DNA from: Verrucomicrobiia bacterium | GTDB taxonomy: Bacteria > Verrucomicrobiota > Verrucomicrobiia > Limisphaerales > UBA11358 | DNA: 64,000 nucleotides | NCBI GenBank assembly: GCA_031290985.1 | Contig: JARLJW010000085.1 | Coordinates: 42,766 to 106,765, forward strand | Direction of reading: 5' to 3' | In this document: in pieces, positions 1 to 10,090 of the stretch | Position numbering within the stretch: position 1 is the stretch's first letter | How the letters are laid out: the number at the start of each line of letters is the position of its first letter | Translations under genes and position numbers: made by a program | The notes under the pieces: generated by a model | Seen by the model: only the letters and a program-made list of their open reading frames with translations | Told to the model about the DNA's origin: nothing | Databases searched by the model: none

Positions 1-258
1 ACAGGCGGATTCTGGGCGCTGTATGTGGTGCCGGTCACTGGCGCGCCGTGGTTGGCCATCGCGCAAACCAACAATGCCGTGATGGTTTACTGGTCGTCCG
101 CTTCCACCAACTGGGTGTTGGAACAAAACGCCAGTCTGAGCAGCACCCATTGGATGAACGTTCCCCAATACGTTATGAAAAATGGCACCTCACAATATAT
201 CATCGTGAACCCGTCCGGCAGCAATCAGTTCTACCGGCTTTCTTCGCAAGGGCAATAA
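1..258 (+). CDS. 3' end of a secreted protein, 5'-truncated by the window edge. C-terminal beta-rich module ends in ...NQFYRL.
   Basis: The reading frame is open back to base 1 (TGGFWALYV...). The tail (...YWSSASTNWVLEQNASL...NQFYRLSSQGQ) resembles the C-terminus of the 36157-38400 protein. Confidence 0.6.
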   Translation, partial: TGGFWALYVVPVTGAPWLAIAQTNNAVMVYWSSASTNWVLEQNASLSSTHWMNVPQYVMKNGTSQYIIVNPSGSNQFYRLSSQGQ

Positions 259-379
259 TCGGATCCTCATCTGCGGGCAAAATCACCCATTCCGTCCCAT
301 TTTAGCATCCACTCATCCCAAATGATGCCGATATATATATGGACCGCAGTATATTCCGGGTAGAAATTTTCAATTTACC

Positions 380-391
380 ATGTGTACACAT
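380..391. promoter_or_regulatory. Perfect 12-bp palindrome ATGTGTACACAT, a candidate operator upstream of the efflux operon
   Basis: Read directly. It sits in an AT-rich leader about 100 bp upstream of the ATG at 492. No binding protein is known. Confidence 0.2.
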
Positions 392-491
392 AAAGTAGAA
401 AACAGCTTGGTTTCCAGCATCCCGCTGATTGCCATTGGTGCCTGCCGGGGATGCCGGCCATGACTTTTGCAAGGGATCATATAAAACAACC

Positions 492-1871
492 ATGACGAAA
501 CTGAATTTCATTCTCGGCCCGTGCGCCGCCCTCATGCTGGCCGGCTGCACGATGATTCCGAAATACGAGCGCCCCGCCTCGCCGGTGGGCACGCAATATC
601 CCGGCGTCACGCAAACCAATCCGGGCAACGCCGGCGACCTTGGCTGGGAAACGGTTTTCACGGATGAGCGCTTGAAGCAGCTCATTCGTCTGTCCCTGAC
701 GAACAATGCCGATTATCAGGTGGCCGTGCTGAACGTCGAGCAAAGCCGTGCGCAGTATCGCATCACGCGCTCGGCGTCGTTCCCGTCAGTGTCCGCCAGC
801 GGCAGTTACACGCGGGAAGGCAATTTCACCACCACCACCACCACCACGGAAACGTGGAGCGCCAGCCTGGGCACGACCGCGTATGAAGTGGATTTGTTCG
901 GCCGGGTGCGCAGCCAGAACCGGCAGGCGTTGGAAACCTTCTTCGCCACCGCCGAAGCGCAACGCAGCGCCAAAATTTCGCTGGTGGCGGAAGTGGCCAC
1001 GGAATATTTCGTCCTGCGCCAGGCCGAGGAACAAATCGCCCTCGCGCAGGCGACGTTGAAATCGGTGGAGGATTCCTTCGCGCTCAATCAGGCCAACTTC
1101 GACGCCGGGGCGACCAGCGAACTGGATCTGCGCACGGCGGAGGGCCAGGTGCAGACCGCGAAGATCAACCTGCTCACTTACGAACGCGCGCGGGCGCAGG
1201 CGGTGAATTATCTGGTGTTGCTCATCGGCCAGGGCGTGCCGACGAATTTGCCGGCGGCCAGCCCCTTCGATGCCACCAATCTTGTGGCCGAAGTTTCGCC
1301 GGGCATGCCATCGGAACTGCTCCAACGTCGCCCGGACATTCTCGAAGCGGAACACACCTTGAAGGCGGCGAATGCGAACATCGGCGCGGCGCGGGCGGCG
1401 TTTTTTCCGACCATCAACTTGACCGCCAACGTGGGGGTGAAAAGCTCCCAACTGGCGGATCTCTTCGCCTCCGGCACGGGGGTCTGGAGTTTCGCCCCGC
1501 AAATCACCCTGCCGATTTTTACGGGCGGACAAAACCAGGCCGGCCTGGATTCCGCCAAGATCAGCCGGCAGATTGACGTGGTGAATTACCAGAAAGCCAT
1601 CGAAACCGCGTTTCGCGAAGTGGCCGATGCGCTCGTCGCCGCCGGCAGTTATGCCAGCCAGATTGAGGCCGAGATCAAGCTGATCAGCGCGCAGCAACGG
1701 CGCTACGAACTGGCTAATCTTCGCTATCGCCAGGGCGATGACACGTACCTGAATGTGCTGTCGGCCCAGCAGGATCTATACAACGCACAACAGGATTTGC
1801 TGCAAGCGCAGTTCCGCAAACTCTCCAGCCAGATTTCGCTCTACCAGGCGCTGGGCGGCGGCTGGAAATAG
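492..1871 (+). CDS. RND efflux outer-membrane lipoprotein, NodT/OprM family
   Basis: Lipoprotein signal MTKLNFILGPCAALMLAGC. Duplicated OEP-type repeats and the C-terminal ...LYQALGGGW typical of the family. First gene of an OMP-MFP-RND triad. Start moved from the track's 429 to the ATG at 492. Confidence 0.93.
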   Translation: MTKLNFILGPCAALMLAGCTMIPKYERPASPVGTQYPGVTQTNPGNAGDLGWETVFTDERLKQLIRLSLTNNADYQVAVLNVEQSRAQYRITRSASFPSVSASGSYTREGNFTTTTTTTETWSASLGTTAYEVDLFGRVRSQNRQALETFFATAEAQRSAKISLVAEVATEYFVLRQAEEQIALAQATLKSVEDSFALNQANFDAGATSELDLRTAEGQVQTAKINLLTYERARAQAVNYLVLLIGQGVPTNLPAASPFDATNLVAEVSPGMPSELLQRRPDILEAEHTLKAANANIGAARAAFFPTINLTANVGVKSSQLADLFASGTGVWSFAPQITLPIFTGGQNQAGLDSAKISRQIDVVNYQKAIETAFREVADALVAAGSYASQIEAEIKLISAQQRRYELANLRYRQGDDTYLNVLSAQQDLYNAQQDLLQAQFRKLSSQISLYQALGGGWK

Positions 1872-1884
1872 CCGTTGACGAATT

Positions 1885-3129
1885 ATGAAGTTTCGCACTC
1901 ACCTCGTTCCAAGCCTGCTCCGGACATTGAAGGTCCATCAATTCGGGAGAAGGCTGTTCCTTTTTCCGGCCCTGGTCATGCTCACCGGTTGCGGACGCAG
2001 CCCGAACATGGGCGGCGCGGGCGGTCCACCGGGCGGGGCGATGCCGCCAACCGAAGTCGGCGTGGTGACGGTGACACCTGAGGCGGTGACCGTCACCACG
2101 GAATTGCCCGGGCGCATCAATGCCGTGCGCGAGGCCGAAGTGCGGGCACGGGCCACGGGCATTCTGCTGAAGAGGCGGTTTGAGGAAGGTGCCGACGTGA
2201 CGGCCGACCAGGTGCTGTTTGAAATTGATCCCGCGCCGTTGCAAGCCAGTTATGACAGCGCCAAGGCCAGCTTGGCGAAGGCGGAGGCGACCCAGGAACA
2301 GGCCCAGGCCAAGGCGAAACGCAACGAGGCGCTCGTAAAAATCAACGGTGTCAGCCAACAGGCATACGAGGATGCCCGGGCCAGCGCGCTGCAAAGCGAG
2401 GCGGACGTGCTGGCCGCGAAGGCGGCGCTGGAAACGGCGGCGCTGAATCTGGGGTACACCAAGGTTACGGCGCCATTTTCCGGGCGCATCGGCAAGGCGC
2501 TGATCACGGAAGGCGCGCTGGCAAGCGCCAGTGAGGCCACCAAAATGGCCGTCATCCGCCAGCTTGATCCCATCTACGTGGACTTCACCCAGTCCAGTGC
2601 GGAATTGCTGAAACTGCGCCGTTCGCTGGAACCGGGAAAGCTGCCGGGCGTTTCCAAAGAAGAGGTCCGGATTGCGCTGTTGCTGGAAGACGGCACAACC
2701 TACGCCGAGACGGGCAGGCTGGTTTTCCAGGATGTCTCCGTGGACGCAAACACCGGTGCAGTCCTGTTGCGCGCCGAGTTTCCCAACGCCGAAAAGCTCC
2801 TCCTGCCGGGAATGTATGTGCGCGCCCGCCTCGCAGTGGTTCAACCGAAGGCCATCACGGTTCCGCAACGCGCGGTTTCCCGCGACGTCAACGGCCAAGC
2901 CAGCGTATGGTTGGTCAACGCGCAGAACGTGGCGGAAGCGCGCGCGATCCAGGCCACCGCCATTTCCGGCGACAAATGGATTGTGAGCAGCGGCCTCAAC
3001 GCGGGCGACCGGGTCATCGTGGAAGGGTTGCAAAAAGTTCGCGCCGGCGCGCCGGTTGCGCCCGTGCCGTTTCAAGCCGGCAATTCCAACGCGCCGCTGA
3101 AGTCATCAGCGGCGACCGCCAACCCGTGA
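1885..3129 (+). CDS. RND efflux periplasmic adaptor (membrane fusion protein, AcrA/MexA-like)
   Basis: Lipobox ...VMLTGC. Coiled-coil hairpin region (QASYDSAKASLAKAEA...) and the motif LGYTKVTAPFSGRIG. Lies between the OMP and RND genes. Confidence 0.93.
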   Translation: MKFRTHLVPSLLRTLKVHQFGRRLFLFPALVMLTGCGRSPNMGGAGGPPGGAMPPTEVGVVTVTPEAVTVTTELPGRINAVREAEVRARATGILLKRRFEEGADVTADQVLFEIDPAPLQASYDSAKASLAKAEATQEQAQAKAKRNEALVKINGVSQQAYEDARASALQSEADVLAAKAALETAALNLGYTKVTAPFSGRIGKALITEGALASASEATKMAVIRQLDPIYVDFTQSSAELLKLRRSLEPGKLPGVSKEEVRIALLLEDGTTYAETGRLVFQDVSVDANTGAVLLRAEFPNAEKLLLPGMYVRARLAVVQPKAITVPQRAVSRDVNGQASVWLVNAQNVAEARAIQATAISGDKWIVSSGLNAGDRVIVEGLQKVRAGAPVAPVPFQAGNSNAPLKSSAATANP

Positions 3130-3140
3130 ACTGAATTCGC

Positions 3141-6100
3141 ATGGCCAGATTCTTCATTGATCGTCCGGTCTTCGCATGGGTGATTTCCCTCCTCATCATG
3201 ATGGCGGGCGTTCTCGCCATCACGAAGCTGCCCGTCGCGCAGTATCCGAACGTCGCGCCGCCGTCCATTTCCGTTTCCGCCACTTACGCAGGGGCTTCGG
3301 CGGAAACCGTCCAGAACACCGTGACGACGCTGCTGGAACAACAGATGACCGGCATCGACAACCTGCAATACATGTCCGCCAGCAGCAGTGCGAGCGGGCA
3401 GTCGCAGATCACGCTTTACTTCGAGCCGGGTACAGATCCCGACACCGCGCAGGTGCAGGTGCAGAACAAGGTGCAGCTTGCCACGCCCAGTCTGCCGCAG
3501 ACCGTGCAGCAACAGGGCGTCACGGTCGCCAAGGCGACGCGCAATTTCACGCTGATCATCAGCCTTTCCTCGACCAACGACAGCATGGATCAATTCGCCA
3601 TCGGCAATTTTGTTTCGGCCAGCGTTCTGGATTCGCTCCGGCGCGTTCCCGGCGTGGGCGAGGCCAGCATGTTTGGCTCGGAATACGCCATGCGCGTGTG
3701 GCTCGACCCCGACAAGCTCAACAGCTATGGCCTGACCGCGAACGATGTGACTGCGGCCATCTCAGCGCAGAACAGCGACGTCTCCGTCGGCGAACTGGGT
3801 GGTCAACCGGCGGTTTCCGGCCAGCAATTCAACGTCACGCTCCGCGCGCAAGCCACGCTGCGCACGCCGGCGGAATTTGGCAACATCCTCCTGCGCGTCG
3901 GGACGGATGGCGCGCGCGTATTGCTGCGCGACGTGGCGCGCGTGGAATTCGGCGGACAAAGCTACACGATGCAAGCCCGGGCCGAGGGCCATCCGGCCGC
4001 GGGCATTGCCATCAAGCTCTCGCCCTCGGCCAATGCGCTCTCGACCATCACGGCGGTGAAAAACAAGATGGCCCAGCTTGCGACGTTTTTCCCGGCGGGC
4101 ATTCGCGTGACATATCCGATGGACACTTCGCCGTTCATCACCATCTCGATTGAGGAGGTGATCAAGACGTTGCTTGAAGCCATCGTGCTGGTGTTCCTCG
4201 TGATGTATCTGTTCCTGCAAAACCTCCGCGCGACGCTGATTCCGACCATCGTTATTCCGGTGGCGTTGCTGGGTTCATTCGCCTGCATGTATGCGTTTGG
4301 TTTTTCCATCAACGTGCTCACGCTGTTCGGGCTGGTGCTGGCCATCGGCATCCTCGTGGACGATGCCATCGTCGTCATCGAAAACGTCGAGCGCCTCATG
4401 CACGACGAGGGTTTGCCGCCCCGCGAAGCCACGCGCAAGGCCATGGGGCAAATCACCGGCGCGCTCATCGGCATCACCCTGGTGTTGACGGCGGTGTTCA
4501 TTCCGATGGCATTTTTTGGGGGTTCGGTCGGCACGATTTACCGGCAGTTCTCGCTGTCGCTCGTCTCGGCGATGCTGTTCTCGGTGTTCCTGGCGATGTC
4601 GCTGACGCCGGCGTTATGCGCCGTGTTGCTCAAACCGGTTGAGCCGGGTCACAAACACGAGAAGCGCGGTTTCTTTGGCTGGTTCAACCGCGGCTTTGCC
4701 GCGAGCACCATCCGGTACCAAGGGTGGGTCGCGAAATGGATCCAGCGGCCGGTTCGCAGCTTCATCCTCTACGCCGCCATCGGCGGCGTCATGGTGGTGA
4801 TGTATTTCCGGCTGCCGTCGTCATTTTTGCCCGAGGAAGACCAGGGTTTTTTGATGACGAGCATTCAATTGCCGGTGGGGGCGACGGCGGAACGCACCCT
4901 CGCCGTGCTGGAACAAGTCGAAGCCTATTACCGGCGGCAACCGGAGGTGGAGAGTTTCATGTCGGTGGCCGGTTTCAGCTTCAGCGGCAACGGCCAGAAT
5001 GCGGCGGCGGCATTCGTCCGGCTCAAGGATTGGAGCCGGCGTCCGGGCCAAAAGCACTCGGTGCAAAGCGTGGTGGCCCGCGCAAACCAGTCGCTCGCGA
5101 CGATCAAAGACGCGATGATTTTCGCCCTCGTGCCCGCCGCCATCACGGAATTGAGCATGCAGTCGGGGTTTGATTTGCAGTTGAAAGACGTCGGCGGACT
5201 CGGCCACGAAAAACTCATGGCTGCGCGCAATCAATTGCTGCAAGCGGCGGCCCAAGATCCGCGCGTCGCCGGGGTCCGCGCGCAAGGCATGGAGGACGAA
5301 CCGCAGCTCGACATCCAGGTGGACCAGGAAAAAGCCAGCGCGCTCGGCGTCAGCCCGGGCGGCCTGAACGCCGCGCTGTCCACCAGCTTCGGCTCGGCGT
5401 ACGTGAACAATTTCGTCAATGGCAGCCGCATCCAGCGCGTCATCGTCCAGATGGACGCGCCCTTCCGCATGAAGCCCGAGGACATCGGCAAGCTCTATGT
5501 TCGCAACAGCGCGGGCACGATGGTGGCGCTTTCCGCGGTCACCACTTTGAAATGGACTTACGGCTCGCCGAACCTGCAACGCTACAACGGTTTTCCGTCC
5601 ATTGAAGTCGTCGGCTCGCCCGCGCCCGGCCGGAGCTCCAGCGACGCGATGACGGCGATGGAAGAAACGGCCGCGAAGCTGCCCGCCGGCATCGGTTACG
5701 AATGGACCGGCCAGTCCTATGAGGAACGGCTCTCCGGTTCACAGGCGCCCCGGCTTTATGCGCTCTCGCTTATCGTGGTGTTTCTGTGTCTCGCGGCGCT
5801 TTACGAAAGCTGGTCCATCCCGACGGCGGTATTGCTGGTCGTGCCGCTCGGCATTGTGGGCGCGCTGGCGGCCACCTGGTTGCGCGGCCTGGAGAATGAC
5901 GTTTATTTCAAAGTCGGCTTCCTCACCATCATCGGCCTCTCCACCAAGAACGCGATCTTGATCGTGGAGTTCGCCAAAGAGGCACAGGAACGGGGATTGG
6001 GGCTGGTGGCGGCCACGCTGGAAGCCGTGCAGCTGCGGCTGCGTCCGATTTTGATGACGTCGTTGGCGTTCATCCTTGGCGTCACGCCGCTGGCCGTGGC

Positions 6101-6320
6101 GTGGGGCGCCGGTTCGGCCGGCCAGAACGCCATCGGCACCGGCGTCATCGGCGGCATGATCACCGCCACGGTGCTGGCGATTTTTCTGGTGCCGGTGTTC
6201 TATGTGGTCGTCCGAAAATTTTTCAAAGGCAAAACCAAACCGGCCTTGGCCGCCCCGAAAACCAGAAAAGAACCGTTGGCCGGTGCCGCCAACAATCCCA
6301 GCGCAACCGGACTGTCTTAA
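3141..6320 (+). CDS. RND multidrug efflux transporter, AcrB/MexB (HAE1) family
   Basis: 1059 aa. Canonical N-terminus MARFFIDRPVFAWVISLLIMMAG, 12-TM architecture, conserved VLAIGILVDDAIVVIENVER. Confidence 0.96.
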   Translation: MARFFIDRPVFAWVISLLIMMAGVLAITKLPVAQYPNVAPPSISVSATYAGASAETVQNTVTTLLEQQMTGIDNLQYMSASSSASGQSQITLYFEPGTDPDTAQVQVQNKVQLATPSLPQTVQQQGVTVAKATRNFTLIISLSSTNDSMDQFAIGNFVSASVLDSLRRVPGVGEASMFGSEYAMRVWLDPDKLNSYGLTANDVTAAISAQNSDVSVGELGGQPAVSGQQFNVTLRAQATLRTPAEFGNILLRVGTDGARVLLRDVARVEFGGQSYTMQARAEGHPAAGIAIKLSPSANALSTITAVKNKMAQLATFFPAGIRVTYPMDTSPFITISIEEVIKTLLEAIVLVFLVMYLFLQNLRATLIPTIVIPVALLGSFACMYAFGFSINVLTLFGLVLAIGILVDDAIVVIENVERLMHDEGLPPREATRKAMGQITGALIGITLVLTAVFIPMAFFGGSVGTIYRQFSLSLVSAMLFSVFLAMSLTPALCAVLLKPVEPGHKHEKRGFFGWFNRGFAASTIRYQGWVAKWIQRPVRSFILYAAIGGVMVVMYFRLPSSFLPEEDQGFLMTSIQLPVGATAERTLAVLEQVEAYYRRQPEVESFMSVAGFSFSGNGQNAAAAFVRLKDWSRRPGQKHSVQSVVARANQSLATIKDAMIFALVPAAITELSMQSGFDLQLKDVGGLGHEKLMAARNQLLQAAAQDPRVAGVRAQGMEDEPQLDIQVDQEKASALGVSPGGLNAALSTSFGSAYVNNFVNGSRIQRVIVQMDAPFRMKPEDIGKLYVRNSAGTMVALSAVTTLKWTYGSPNLQRYNGFPSIEVVGSPAPGRSSSDAMTAMEETAAKLPAGIGYEWTGQSYEERLSGSQAPRLYALSLIVVFLCLAALYESWSIPTAVLLVVPLGIVGALAATWLRGLENDVYFKVGFLTIIGLSTKNAILIVEFAKEAQERGLGLVAATLEAVQLRLRPILMTSLAFILGVTPLAVAWGAGSAGQNAIGTGVIGGMITATVLAIFLVPVFYVVVRKFFKGKTKPALAAPKTRKEPLAGAANNPSATGLS

Positions 6321-6327
6321 TAAAACC

Positions 6328-7638
6328 ATGAAACTGAACATTCAATTTTTGCCGGAACAGACGAAAAAATTCCCCATGAAACCGGCTGCAACCCGCTGCG
6401 GCACCCGCATGGATGCGATCCGGGCCCGGTTCATTCCGCCGGCGATTGGCACGCTGAAGCGGCAGGAACGCCGCGCTCCGTATCCAGCGGCAGCTTTTCC
6501 CGTCTGCTTGCGCGGAATGCTGGCCACCCTGGCGGCCCTGGCCCTGCTGACCGGCTCCGGCTGCAAACCATCAGGCAACGCGCCTAAATATGAAACCGCG
6601 CCGGTCACGCGCGGCGAGCTCATCCAGCACGTCACGGCCAGCGGCACGTTAAGCGCCGTGGTCAGCGTGGATGTCGGCAGCCAGGTCTCCGGGAAAATCG
6701 TGGCGATGTCGGTTGATTTCAATTCGCCGGTCAAAAAAGGCCAGGTTATCGCGGAGATTGACCCGACGGTTTATGCGGCCGCCTTGCGCCAGGCCGAAGG
6801 CGAACTCGCCAGCGCCCAAGCCGATGTCACGCTCAAGCGGCAAAATCTGGAACGAAAGAAAACGCTCCTGCCGCTCAAGGCGGCCTCCCAGTTGGATCTG
6901 GACCAGGCGGTCGCCGAACTGGCGCAAGCCGAGGCCACCATTGTCATCCGGCAGGCATCGCTGGAAAGCGCGCAGGCCAATCTCGGTTACTGCAAAATCA
7001 CCGCACCTGTGGACGGCATCGTGATTGCGCGCAAGGTGGACGTGGGCCAGACGCTCGCGGCCGCCATGACCACGCCCATCCTGTTCACCATCGCGCAGGA
7101 CATCACCAAGATGAACATCAGCGCCACGGTTTCCGAGGCGGACATCGGCCAGGTGAAGGACGGGCAGGCGGTGGAATTCACGGTAGACGCGTTCCCGGAT
7201 GACGTCTTTCAGGGGACGGTCACGCAGGTGCGCAAATCGCCGACCACCACGCAAAATGTGGTCACCTACGAAACCATCATCACCGTGGACAACCGCGAAC
7301 AGAAATTGTTTCCCGGCATGACCGCGGATGTTTCCATTCTCGTCGCCGATCATAAGGATGTTTTACAACTCCCCAACACGGCGTTGCGCTACACGCCGCC
7401 GACCGGCGCGAAGTTTGAACAAACGCCCCCCGCCAAGCTGGAACGCAACCAGCGCCTCGTGTATTCGCCGGGCAGCAACGGCACCACGCTCAAACCCGTC
7501 ATCGTCAAGGTGGGCATCACCGACAACGTAAACACGGAAATTCTCGATGGCCTCACCACCGCCGCACGAGTGGTGACTTCGGATCTTTCGACCACCACCA
7601 AAACCGGCGGTTTCGGCGGTCCGCCGCCCGGTCAATGA
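6328..7638 (+). CDS. HlyD-family periplasmic adaptor, MacA-like
   Basis: Barrel-sandwich and coiled-coil motifs (VSVDVGSQVSGKI..., ANLGYCKITAPVDGIV). 4-nt overlap with the downstream ABC ATPase. Start is uncertain: ATG 6328, or ATG 6517 just before the lipobox LLTGSGC. Confidence 0.88.
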   Translation: MKLNIQFLPEQTKKFPMKPAATRCGTRMDAIRARFIPPAIGTLKRQERRAPYPAAAFPVCLRGMLATLAALALLTGSGCKPSGNAPKYETAPVTRGELIQHVTASGTLSAVVSVDVGSQVSGKIVAMSVDFNSPVKKGQVIAEIDPTVYAAALRQAEGELASAQADVTLKRQNLERKKTLLPLKAASQLDLDQAVAELAQAEATIVIRQASLESAQANLGYCKITAPVDGIVIARKVDVGQTLAAAMTTPILFTIAQDITKMNISATVSEADIGQVKDGQAVEFTVDAFPDDVFQGTVTQVRKSPTTTQNVVTYETIITVDNREQKLFPGMTADVSILVADHKDVLQLPNTALRYTPPTGAKFEQTPPAKLERNQRLVYSPGSNGTTLKPVIVKVGITDNVNTEILDGLTTAARVVTSDLSTTTKTGGFGGPPPGQ

Positions 7639-8411
7639 GCACCCCAAACACCAGCCAGCCGGTCATCCAGCTCCGCGAGCTCACCAAGACTTACCAGACC
7701 GGCGAAGTCAAGGTGAAGGCCGTGCGCGGCGTCACGCTCAATATCGAGCGCGGCGAATTCGTTGCCATCATGGGCGCGAGCGGCTCGGGCAAATCCACCT
7801 TGATGAACACGCTCGGCTGCCTGGACCAGCCCACGGGCGGAGATTATTTGCTGGATGGCGTGGCCGTGGCCGGGCTGAACCGCAAGGAGCTGGCGAAACT
7901 GCGAAACAAAAAACTCGGATTCGTTTTCCAGGGTTTCAACCTGTTGTCCCGCACGACGGCGCTGGAAAACGTCGAGCTGCCGATGTTTTACACGCATCCG
8001 CTCGTTTCCCTGCGGGAACGACGTGAACGGGCGGTCGCGGCGCTGCAACGGGTCAATCTCGGCGACCGGCTGGCCCATCATCCCAGCCAGCTTTCCGGCG
8101 GCCAGCAGCAGCGCATCGCCATCGCCCGCGCGCTCGTGAACCGGCCGGAACTCGTGCTCGCCGACGAACCGACGGGCAATCTCGATACGCGCACGAGCAT
8201 CGAGATCATGGGGCTGTTCCAGGAACTCAACAATGCCGGCATCACCCTCGTCATGGTCACGCACGAACTCGACATTGCGGCCTATTGCAAACGCATCGTC
8301 GTCATGCGCGACGGCCTGGTCATCAGCGACACCCGTTATAAAAACCGCCGCTCCGCCGTCGCCGAGATCGCCCTGCTCGACCAGGCCGAACAAAAAGCCC
8401 AACTCGCCTGA
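7635..8411 (+). CDS. ABC transporter ATP-binding protein, MacB/LolD type
   Basis: Walker [10 protein letters not shown], signature LSGGQQQR, Walker B LVLADEPT. Confidence 0.95.
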   Translation: MSTPNTSQPVIQLRELTKTYQTGEVKVKAVRGVTLNIERGEFVAIMGASGSGKSTLMNTLGCLDQPTGGDYLLDGVAVAGLNRKELAKLRNKKLGFVFQGFNLLSRTTALENVELPMFYTHPLVSLRERRERAVAALQRVNLGDRLAHHPSQLSGGQQQRIAIARALVNRPELVLADEPTGNLDTRTSIEIMGLFQELNNAGITLVMVTHELDIAAYCKRIVVMRDGLVISDTRYKNRRSAVAEIALLDQAEQKAQLA

Positions 8412-8414
8412 ATC

Positions 8415-9665
8415 ATGAACTTGCTCGAATATCTCCGGACCTTCCTGCTGCGGGCCGGGCAAACCACGCTGATTTCCCTCCGCGCGCTGCGTCGCAACAA
8501 AATGCGTTCCATGCTCACCGCGCTGGGCATCATCATTGGCGTTGCCTCCGTCGTGGCGATGGTGGCCGTGGGCAATGGCGCACAGGCGAATATTACCAGC
8601 AAGGTTTCCGCCCTCGGCCAGAATTTGCTCACCGTGTTTGCCGGCAGCCGGAAAGCTGGCGGGGTAAATTCCGGCCTCGGCAGCGCCAGCGCGCTCACGC
8701 TGGCCGATGCCGACGCCATCAGCCGGGAAGTGACCGACGTGGTGGCCATCAGCCCGGAGGCCAGCACCACCGCGCAGGCCATCGCCAACGGACGCAACTG
8801 GTCCACCACCGTCGCCGGCGAGTCGCCGGACTACCTGAAAATCCGCGACTGGAAGCTCGCGGCCGGCTCGATGTTCGCCGACCGCGAAGTGCGCGGCGCG
8901 GCCAAGGTGGCCGTCATCGGCTCAAAAACCGCGAACGAACTTTTCGGCCCGCTCAATCCGGTGGGCCAGACCGTGCGCGTGGGGAACATTCCCTTCGTCA
9001 TCATCGGCCTGCTCGAAAGCAAGGGCGCGGGCATGGGCGGCCAGAACCAGGACGACCGCATCGTCATTCCCTACACCACCGTCATGAAGCGCATCACCGG
9101 CGAAAAATACCTGCGCTCGATCAATGTCCAAGTCGGCAGCGCCGACCGCATGGACATCGCCCAGCAACAGATCACCAGCCTGCTGCGCCAGCGCCACCGC
9201 CTGACCAGCGACCACGACGACGATTTCAACATTTTCAACCAGAAGGAAATCGCCGACACCGTGAACTCGATTTCGAAAGTCATCACCCTGCTGCTCGGAT
9301 CCATCGCCGGCATTTCGCTGTTTGTCGGCGGCATCGGCATCATGAACATCATGCTCGTGAGCGTCACCGAGCGCACGCGCGAGATCGGCATCCGCATCGC
9401 CGTCGGCGCGCAGCCCGGCGACATCAAGCTGCAATTCCTGATCGAAGCCATCACCTTGAGTTTGCTGGGCGGGCTGATTGGCGTGCTCTGCGGGGTCGGC
9501 GCATCGCGGCTCGTGGGCATGGTCGCCGATTTCCAGGCGGTCGTATCCACGGGGTCAATCCTGCTCTCCTTCGGCGTGAGTTTTGCCATCGGCGTTTTCT
9601 TTGGTTATTACCCCGCCCGCAAAGCCGCCGCGCTCGATCCGATTGATGCGCTGCGGTATGAATGA
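8415..9665 (+). CDS. ABC transporter permease, MacB/FtsX type
   Basis: N-terminal TM segment, a large periplasmic domain, then a C-terminal FtsX 3-TM bundle (...ERTREIGIRIAVGA...). Follows the ATPase gene. Confidence 0.93.
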   Translation: MNLLEYLRTFLLRAGQTTLISLRALRRNKMRSMLTALGIIIGVASVVAMVAVGNGAQANITSKVSALGQNLLTVFAGSRKAGGVNSGLGSASALTLADADAISREVTDVVAISPEASTTAQAIANGRNWSTTVAGESPDYLKIRDWKLAAGSMFADREVRGAAKVAVIGSKTANELFGPLNPVGQTVRVGNIPFVIIGLLESKGAGMGGQNQDDRIVIPYTTVMKRITGEKYLRSINVQVGSADRMDIAQQQITSLLRQRHRLTSDHDDDFNIFNQKEIADTVNSISKVITLLLGSIAGISLFVGGIGIMNIMLVSVTERTREIGIRIAVGAQPGDIKLQFLIEAITLSLLGGLIGVLCGVGASRLVGMVADFQAVVSTGSILLSFGVSFAIGVFFGYYPARKAAALDPIDALRYE

Positions 9666-9712
9666 CCGGACGGCATAAGGCAGGGCAAATCCTTGGCGGA
9701 ACGATTCAATTC

Positions 9713-9742
9713 AACCACAGATGGACGCAGATAAACGCAGAT
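9713..9742. repeat. Short interspersed repeat, aaccacRgatggacRcRgatWaac family
   Basis: Matches 51003-51032 at about 24 of 30 positions by eye. Intergenic. Confidence 0.55.
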
Positions 9743-9905
9743 GGGCCATTTTTGCGCGTGAATTTGCCGTCAATCTTGTCGGTGCGATTGTGATTTGCGA
9801 TCCGGGTCGGAAGATCATCGGTCTGGCCGATCTAAAACCGGCCGGCCGGGCTTTGAAGAAGGTAAACCCAAAACACGAAAGTCCCTCAGCACAAAAAACT
9901 TAAAA

Positions 9906-9980
9906 TGGCTCCAGAGGTAGGGCTCGAACCTACAACCACACGGTTAACAGCCGCGTGCTCTACCATTGAGCTACTCTGGA
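9906..9980 (-). tRNA. tRNA-Asn (anticodon GTT), CCA encoded
   Basis: The reverse complement folds by hand into a cloverleaf: acceptor tccagag/ctctgga, D arm gctc-aatggta-gagc, anticodon arm cgcgg-ctGTTaa-ccgtg, T arm gtagg-ttcgagc-cctac. Confidence 0.9.
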
Positions 9981-10090
9981 ACACAAACGGGCGCGTAATC
10001 TACAAATCATCCTGCTCGCCGTCAATTGGTTTCGGTCAAGATTTCTGACAATTCACTCGCCGCCATTCCGGGTGCGTCAACTACAACCGG

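Noticed and set aside
9721-9903. 60-aa ORF next to tRNA-Asn
   Set aside because: Its start codon and first codons lie inside a dispersed repeat (aaccacagatggacgcagataaacgcagat). No signal or family was seen. It was also checked as a possible integration remnant at the tRNA 3' end, but no integrase or repeat of the tRNA end was found.
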